A stretch of DNA of 32,000 nucleotides from positions 10,337 to 42,336 of the forward strand of contig NZ_SNUY01000035.1 in the NCBI RefSeq assembly GCF_004376175.1. Direction: 5' to 3'. The first letter of the stretch is position 1; each line of letters starts with the position of its first letter. This document shows positions 22,269 to 27,468 of the stretch, one piece after another. The notes below the pieces were generated by a model. It did not search any database. It was not told the origin of the DNA and saw only the letters and a list, made by a program, of their open reading frames with translations. This DNA comes from Halalkalibacterium halodurans (lineage in GTDB: Bacteria > Bacillota > Bacilli > Bacillales > Bacillaceae_D). The position numbers were made by a program, and so were the translations under genes.

Positions 22269-22513
22269 TTATTTGGAGCTGGGGCGCGCTTGAGGCGGAC
22301 TTTTGGCGATTTTATCGGATCGATCTTAATAAGGAAGCCTTTACAAACCGTCTCTCTTGGAGGCGGTTTCTCGTTTTCGTTCGAGCGCTGCCTGAGGATA
22401 GTGCGTTCCAACGGTTTTTGAGCGATCGGAAAAACCGTACGATGGCAGAATGGGACGAACAGCAATTATCTGAAAACGCGAAACGGCTAAAGGGGGGAAC
22501 TAGATGGCAATAA
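21810..22513 (+). CDS. Tail assembly chaperone, -1 frameshift fusion (GT-like product)
   Basis: Slippery A AAA AAA at 22244-22250 inside the A9 run (22243-22251). The -1 frame is open from there to TAA 22511-22513. It encodes ...KKNQDPRIIIWSWGALEADFWRFYRIDLNKEAFTNRLSWRRFLVFVRALPEDSAFQRFLSDRKNRTMAEWDEQQLSENAKRLKGGTRWQ and ends 7 nt into the tape-measure gene. Confidence 0.65.
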
Positions 22514-24033
22514 CAATTGGCTCGTCGCCTGGGATTACGTTAGACTTCGAGAAAATCCAAAAAGACGGAAAAGTGTTTCAGGACTTGGCAAGCGATCTGG
22601 GTAACATTAAAACGCACATTCAAGAGATAAATGAAAACTTAGCGAACGGGCAATTCGGTACCGTGTTTCTAGGAATGGTTGGAACTATTGGGACACTTAT
22701 TGTTTCGTTTGCCTTATTAGGTCAATCCGTGGAAATATTTAGAGGGATATTTGAATCATTAAAGAGTCCAATTGCTCCTCTCACGATAGGGCTAATAAAA
22801 TTCATTGCAATCGCAGGGATCATTATTGCCGTGGTAGCGGGAATTGCGGCAGGTTTAATGCACCTATGGAAGACGAATGAGGGGTTTAGAGACACGGTTT
22901 TAACAGTGTGGGAAACAATTCAACGGGTCATAACGACCGTGTTAAATGAAGTCGTCTCCTTTATTTCAGAAAAGCTCGAGATGATTAAGCAATTTTGGAA
23001 CGAGCATGGGGATGCGATCAAACAGGCGGTTTCAAATGTTTTCAACGCGATTTGGGCTGTCATTCAGCCAATTATGGATATGATTTTGGCGATTATGCAG
23101 TTTGTGTGGCCATTTGTACGTGAATTAATCATAGGGGTTTGGAACAACATTAAAGGCGTGATTGACGGTGCTTTATCGTTCATTATGGGGTTGATCAAAA
23201 CCTTTACGGGTCTTTTTACAGGAGACTTTTCATTAATGTGGGAAGGGCTAAAACAAATGTTCATGGGGGCTCTACAATTCATTTGGAATCTCATTCAGCT
23301 ATGGCTTGTCGGCAGAGTGTTAGGGATTCTCAAAGTGTTTATCGGCCGTTTCATCGGCCCATTAAAAACGATGTGGTCGAACGTACGCGGTATTTTCAGT
23401 ACAGGGTTAAATGCGATTAGGAACTTCTTTACGAACATTTTTAACTCGATTCGAAGTACCGTAGGAACTATCATGAACAGTATAAGGACAACGATTCAAA
23501 ACGGTATTAATGCAGCTGTTCAAGTTGTAATGGGCTTCTTTTCTCGTTTTCGTGAAGCTGGGCGCAACATCGTGACAAGTATTGCTGATGGGATTCGAAG
23601 CGCCATTGGTGCAGTTACAGGAGCCATTTCAAGTGTTGCGAGTAAAATTCGAAACTTTCTTCCGTTTTCTCCAGCGAAGGAAGGACCATTGCAAGACATT
23701 CATCGGTTGAACTTCGGAGGACCGATTCGTGATTCGATTGATGGTGATCTTCCAGAAATCCAATCATCTTTGACGAGAGCATTACACGTTCCGGACGTTG
23801 GGATCGGCCAAGTTGGTTCCAGTCCGCTTTTGATGCGCCTCATAAAAAGTTTGGATGCACTTGGACTTAATGGCAATCATGGGATGCTAGCAGGTGCTGG
23901 ATCAGAAAAAGTAGTCATTGAAGTTCCGGTACATCTTGAAGGGAAAGAAGTCGCGAGAGTAACAGCCCCTTATATGGATACGGAACTTGGGAAGCGGAGA
24001 ATTTCAACGGTAAGAGCAAGAGGAGGTCGTTAA
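22504..24033 (+). CDS. Tail tape measure protein (short, 509 aa)
   Basis: N-terminal hydrophobic helices, long helical region with periodic W/F (FNAIWAVIQPIMDMILAIMQFVWPFV...), and the FLPFSPAKEGPL motif common in Firmicute TMPs. No lytic domain is recognisable. Confidence 0.85.
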   Translation: MAITIGSSPGITLDFEKIQKDGKVFQDLASDLGNIKTHIQEINENLANGQFGTVFLGMVGTIGTLIVSFALLGQSVEIFRGIFESLKSPIAPLTIGLIKFIAIAGIIIAVVAGIAAGLMHLWKTNEGFRDTVLTVWETIQRVITTVLNEVVSFISEKLEMIKQFWNEHGDAIKQAVSNVFNAIWAVIQPIMDMILAIMQFVWPFVRELIIGVWNNIKGVIDGALSFIMGLIKTFTGLFTGDFSLMWEGLKQMFMGALQFIWNLIQLWLVGRVLGILKVFIGRFIGPLKTMWSNVRGIFSTGLNAIRNFFTNIFNSIRSTVGTIMNSIRTTIQNGINAAVQVVMGFFSRFREAGRNIVTSIADGIRSAIGAVTGAISSVASKIRNFLPFSPAKEGPLQDIHRLNFGGPIRDSIDGDLPEIQSSLTRALHVPDVGIGQVGSSPLLMRLIKSLDALGLNGNHGMLAGAGSEKVVIEVPVHLEGKEVARVTAPYMDTELGKRRISTVRARGGR

Positions 24034-24786
24034 ATGTTTATTTACGATGGGTTTGATTTTTCGCCTTACTTGACCGTCAACTCAATTAAGCGGCCACTTC
24101 TTCCACCCCAAGAACTAAGCACGATGTCCATCTATGGCAGACATGGAGATTTCTTTTTCCGAAAGCAGCATGGAGCTGTGACGTTAGTCGTCTCTGTAAC
24201 GATTCGAGACCAAACAGTGGATGGGTATCGGAACCGAATCAGGGAGCTTGCGGGGCACTTGAATAAAAGCGAGCCGAAACCACTCATTTTTAAAGATGAG
24301 TCAGACAAATTTGTTCGTGCCTTAATGACAGATGAATCAGATCTTGAAGAGCTTGTGATGATGGGGCAAGGGGAGTTGAGCTTTTACTGCCCAGATCCTT
24401 ATTTTTATGCGATTGAAGATGAAGTCTTCACATTTTCAGGAGCCGGAAGTTATGACTTTTCACGGGAAAAGGGAACAACAGAATCGTTCCCCCTTATTGA
24501 AATCAGGGGAGAAATCGGGTCAACAGGAGAAGTAACCATTGAAACCGATGATACGCGACTAACCTTTAACGGACTGCTCTCACGTGGTGACATTTTAACA
24601 TTGGATAGTCACTATCTTACGGCTTATATTCAAAAGCCAGATGGTTCGCAAGTGTCAGCGATCAATGAGCTTGACCGAATGGATTTTCCAGTGTTGAAAA
24701 CAGGCGTCAATCACATGGCGATCCGTGCCACCGGAGAGGCTGATGTCCATGAAGTACAGATGATGTCCCGAAGTCGCTGGCTTTGA
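24034..24786 (+). CDS. Distal tail protein (Dit / siphovirus tail component)
   Basis: 250 aa. ATG directly follows the TMP stop, with GAGGAGG SD. The N-terminus MFIYDGFDFSPYLTVNSIKRPLLPP...IYGRHGDFF fits the phage tail component N-terminal pattern. Confidence 0.7.
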   Translation: MFIYDGFDFSPYLTVNSIKRPLLPPQELSTMSIYGRHGDFFFRKQHGAVTLVVSVTIRDQTVDGYRNRIRELAGHLNKSEPKPLIFKDESDKFVRALMTDESDLEELVMMGQGELSFYCPDPYFYAIEDEVFTFSGAGSYDFSREKGTTESFPLIEIRGEIGSTGEVTIETDDTRLTFNGLLSRGDILTLDSHYLTAYIQKPDGSQVSAINELDRMDFPVLKTGVNHMAIRATGEADVHEVQMMSRSRWL

Positions 24787-24802
24787 GGTATGTCAAAGGA
24801 TG

Positions 24803-24842
24803 ATAAGAACGCTCTTTGCTGAAGAGCGTTCTTATTTGATCT
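24803..24842 (+). terminator. Strong hairpin (terminator-like) inside the tail module between Dit and Tal
   Basis: Perfect 14-bp arms ATAAGAACGCTCTT and AAGAGCGTTCTTAT with loop TGCTG, followed by an interrupted T-tract (TTGATCTT). Confidence 0.45.
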
Positions 24843-24922
24843 TGGTAAGCTCGAAAACAGCTCTTCGCAAGAAGACACTAGTGAAGGAATGAGAATTTTG
24901 ATTGTGGGAGGTTGAAAGGGGC

Positions 24923-26416
24923 ATGTACTCATATAACCAGCTAAGACGAGTAACGTTTAATCAGCTAGGCCGCATCGCCTACAACAGTCGTTCTTCTCCT
25001 CGTAGAAGGGCTGTTTTTGAACGATTAGCGGGAGCAAGGCCAGTCGTTTTGACACAGGAACGTGAACGGCTAGCTGTTTTAGATCATGCGAATGACATTA
25101 TACTGGAACAGGAGATTAATGGCATTGACACAGTGACGTTTAACATTCCATTTTCTGATGAGAAAAATCAATTTATTCAAAATGAACACCTGATTCAAAT
25201 TATTGATGACTATTACATTATTCGTAAGATTACCCATAGTCGAGGGAGTCAAGGGGTGCCAATAACAGAAGTGTACGCGGAAGCCCTCTGGTATGATTTG
25301 CAGTTCGCGGAGCCGATGGACATTTCGGAGTGGGAAGGCCGCGCCCCAGCAATCGTCATGGCCGATATTTTACGGGGGACGGATTGGAGTGTCGGTCGAG
25401 TTGAATTAATGAATGTGAGGAACGTCTCAGTGGAACCGGGAGTGACGAACAGGTTGGCCGCATTAAGTCAGTTGCCAGAAGTGTATGGGGGGGAGCTTCA
25501 CTTTAATTCAGAAGCAATGACCGTTGACTTTCTCGCTCCTGTTGGCAGACAATCAGGAGCTGCTATTGTGTATGAGAAAAACATTCACTCCATTGAAGCG
25601 ATCTATGATACGGAAGATCTCATCACCCGCATTTATCCGTACGGAAAAGAGAACCTGTCGATTGAGGATATAAATGACGGGGTTCCATACTTGGACATTC
25701 GAGACGATCCGTCTTACGAGTTTACGGATAAGCTGAGGGTGAGAATATTAAAAGACGACCGATTTACGAATCCGTTTCATCTGCGGGAAATGGCAGAGGA
25801 AGCGTTGAAAGTCTTAAGTCAGCCGCGGACATCCTATCATATTAAAGCAGCTGATCTCTCGGAGATGGCTGGAATGAGTCATGAGCAATTTTTTCTTGGA
25901 GATGAAGTCAGGGTATATGATAAAGAACTCGGCATTGATATTGCTACGAGAATTATGGCATGGCAATACAATGTCGCTGAACCGTGGAATACGGAAATAA
26001 TGCTTGAATCCAAGCAGCCAACGTTATCCGATCTATTAACAGGGATTCAAGAAGGTACTGGATTTTTACAGTCAGAGGACACGGTTGACTCATCCGATAT
26101 GTTGGAGCTATCTGTTTTTAATCATATTTTAAATAGCCGTGCAGACGATGGGTTCCATTATTGGACAAATTCAGGCTGGGAAATTGATGCTGTGAATGGT
26201 TACAGCGGCAATGCTTCGTTCAAGGCAACCGGAACGACTGGAAGAAAGGTGTTAAGTCAGACTGTTTATCCAGCTCATCGAGATCATTATGCGATTTCGT
26301 TTCGGAGTGCAACGAAAGAATTTCAGACGAATGACGGCGGTCGGGTCGGCCTTGAGATCATTGTTCGCTATGATGACGGAACAGAAGATGAACCAACGTT
26401 TATTTCGTTAACGTAA
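24923..26416 (+). CDS. Tail-associated lysin/tip protein (Tal; prophage-tail endopeptidase-type N-terminal region) with a C-terminal partial jelly-roll
   Basis: The track ORF is 24902-26416. ATG 24923 is preceded by GGGAGG...GAAAGGGG. The core LAVLDHANDIILEQEINGIDTVTFNIPFSDEKNQF...YYIIRKI...EVYAEALWYDL resembles the Tal N-terminal domain. An unusual ~40-aa basic leader precedes it, and TTG 25049 is an alternative start. Confidence 0.7.
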   Translation: MYSYNQLRRVTFNQLGRIAYNSRSSPRRRAVFERLAGARPVVLTQERERLAVLDHANDIILEQEINGIDTVTFNIPFSDEKNQFIQNEHLIQIIDDYYIIRKITHSRGSQGVPITEVYAEALWYDLQFAEPMDISEWEGRAPAIVMADILRGTDWSVGRVELMNVRNVSVEPGVTNRLAALSQLPEVYGGELHFNSEAMTVDFLAPVGRQSGAAIVYEKNIHSIEAIYDTEDLITRIYPYGKENLSIEDINDGVPYLDIRDDPSYEFTDKLRVRILKDDRFTNPFHLREMAEEALKVLSQPRTSYHIKAADLSEMAGMSHEQFFLGDEVRVYDKELGIDIATRIMAWQYNVAEPWNTEIMLESKQPTLSDLLTGIQEGTGFLQSEDTVDSSDMLELSVFNHILNSRADDGFHYWTNSGWEIDAVNGYSGNASFKATGTTGRKVLSQTVYPAHRDHYAISFRSATKEFQTNDGGRVGLEIIVRYDDGTEDEPTFISLT

Positions 26417-26428
26417 GGAGGAGGAAAC

Positions 26429-26614
26429 ATGTTTTCAGAGCGTTATGGGGTCATTCAAGCCGATTCGTCAAAAACGGTGTCAGAGATAGAAGTCCGGATC
26501 ATTGCCGAAAAATTTTCAGGAGAAGTCCATTTGACTGATGTGATGCTTCAAGGAGGAAGGCTGAGCACGAATTGGACAGGGCATCCAAGTGAGCAGCATT
26601 GGTCGAATGAATGA
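26429..26614 (+). CDS. 61-aa ORF resembling the closing strands of a CBM/jelly-roll domain; in frame with Tal across one TAA
   Basis: AAGGAGGAGG SD 7 nt upstream of the ATG. Sequence ...SEIEVRIIAEKFSGEVHLTDVMLQGGRLSTNW. It may be a separate gene, a readthrough extension or the distal piece of a nonsense-split gene. Confidence 0.5.
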   Translation: MFSERYGVIQADSSKTVSEIEVRIIAEKFSGEVHLTDVMLQGGRLSTNWTGHPSEQHWSNE

Positions 26615-27041
26615 GCATATGTACAGTAAAGACCAATGGGCGAGATTTCTGACCCAAGACGTGAAAACAAATGCAGAAAAACGAGTGCGTGCGATTGAGT
26701 TCAAGCTACTCGCAGAGAACTTTCGAGGACAAATCAACATCACAGATCTCCAACTGCAAGCAGGAAAATTTGTAACAGGTACGGTTCCCTATACAGGCGA
26801 GTGGTTACGTAGGAAGAGTAGTACATTGGATGAACATGACTCAATGGAAGGTGTGAGCGAGCCAATTGAGATTCGTGGTGACCAACCCCGCGTATTTGAA
26901 GGGATAAGAAATCGTTTCTATAACATCGTTGGTCGGGGCCATGAAGCGTTAGCTTTTCCGAATGTGGAAGAAAATCGATTTGACCGACCAAACGTAACAA
27001 CCCCCCCTAGACTTAACACTTTATACGAAAAATTCATTTGA
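26607..27041 (+). CDS. Hypothetical tail protein (~144 aa) carrying a second copy of the closing-strand module
   Basis: The track ORF is 26589-27041. ATG 26607 overlaps the upstream stop (ATGAATGA). No SD is present. Module: RAIEFKLLAENFRGQINITDLQLQAGKFVTG. Confidence 0.45.
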   Translation: MNEHMYSKDQWARFLTQDVKTNAEKRVRAIEFKLLAENFRGQINITDLQLQAGKFVTGTVPYTGEWLRRKSSTLDEHDSMEGVSEPIEIRGDQPRVFEGIRNRFYNIVGRGHEALAFPNVEENRFDRPNVTTPPRLNTLYEKFI

Positions 27042-27042
27042 T

Positions 27043-27468
27043 TTGTTGCGGATCTCTACGAACCAAGGCAGTCTTTTGGATGAATCGTTACAACCTTATC
27101 CTGACATAAGAGATCACCCTTTGAATCTTAGGTATTCGAAAGAGTTTTATTTTGAAGGGGGCGAAGGTGGAAGTGAGATTAAACTGCATGCCTCCAGAAA
27201 TATAGCCACCTTAAATGGCAGAGCCGCCAATAGAAGAAGTCGTACCCTCCCCATCGGTAGCGCTGAATTGAAAATGGGACAGCAACGAATGATGGGGCTT
27301 CCTGCTGGCTCAGGAAGAATTCGTATCGAATTTTACAATCTAGTAGAGGAGACGGTTGAAACGGAATGGGGCGATATTGAACAGCGACAAATTTTAAGAG
27401 ATACAGGAGTTGGTTACTGGGGAGTAGCTGAATTCGCCCATTGGGAGAACGGGAGGTCGAAGCTATGA
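27043..27468 (+). CDS. Hypothetical protein (141 aa), TTG start without SD; possibly the frameshifted continuation of the preceding ORF
   Basis: This frame opens at 26998, just before a C7 tract (27001-27007). The ORF ends in an ATGA overlap with the next gene. No motif was recognised. Confidence 0.4.
   Translation: MLRISTNQGSLLDESLQPYPDIRDHPLNLRYSKEFYFEGGEGGSEIKLHASRNIATLNGRAANRRSRTLPIGSAELKMGQQRMMGLPAGSGRIRIEFYNLVEETVETEWGDIEQRQILRDTGVGYWGVAEFAHWENGRSKL

Noticed and set aside
22241-22465. 74-aa minus-strand ORF between the chaperone and tape-measure genes
   Set aside because: It is antisense to the -1 frame extension of the tail chaperone. That extension has a slippery site, protein-like sequence and a stop that overlaps the TMP start.
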